Positions 8,423-8,457 of a DNA stretch of 8,457 bases are shown here, piece by piece; position 1 is the first letter of the stretch; each line of letters begins with the position of its first letter. The stretch lies in NCBI GenBank assembly GCA_905250055.1, contig CAJNOF010000082.1, positions 217,991 to 226,447 on the forward strand, written 5' to 3'. The notes under the pieces were generated by a model, which ran no database searches, was not told where the DNA came from, and worked only from the letters and a program-made list of their open reading frames with translations. This DNA comes from Rotaria sp. (Eukaryota). The translations under genes were made by a program, and so were the position numbers.

Positions 8423-8457
8423 ATAAATAGTTTAAATAGAACTTATAACAGATGTAT

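Noticed and set aside
1-8457. CRISPR array, prokaryotic operon, defence island or phage system
   Set aside because: No spaced direct repeats, no ribosome-binding-site/operon organisation, and the genes have an intron, membrane anchor and TRIM-type architecture typical of eukaryotes.

Overview
AT-rich eukaryotic genomic window with no sign of prokaryotic features. Gene content and protein style resemble a bdelloid rotifer; this is an inference, since no database search was possible. Two plus-strand protein-coding loci are supported. (1) A two-exon gene (4923..5255 joined to 5697..6359, 331 aa) encodes a predicted type II membrane glycosyltransferase resembling the GnT-I/POMGnT1 (GT13) family. 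It has CDR, SQDC, acidic-x-D (here ESD) and SRT...G motifs, and seems to lack the C-terminal subdomain of GnT-I. (2) A TRIM-like gene (about 7407..8422) has an N-terminal B-box-like zinc motif, a helical/coiled-coil-like region and a C-terminal SPRY-like domain. Its likely start codon is out of frame with the rest, with an apparent indel exactly where the first zinc-ligand Cys should be. The first ~4.9 kb shows no recognisable gene. It holds homopolymer tracts, a 13-bp-stem hairpin, a palindrome and a loose cluster of CRE-like motifs. No CRISPR, rRNA, tRNA or clear mobile element was recognised. I did not find convincing evidence of a new multi-gene system. The best leads are the truncated/diverged GT13-like enzyme, the frame break in the B-box/SPRY gene, and a protein-like antisense frame inside the glycosyltransferase intron.
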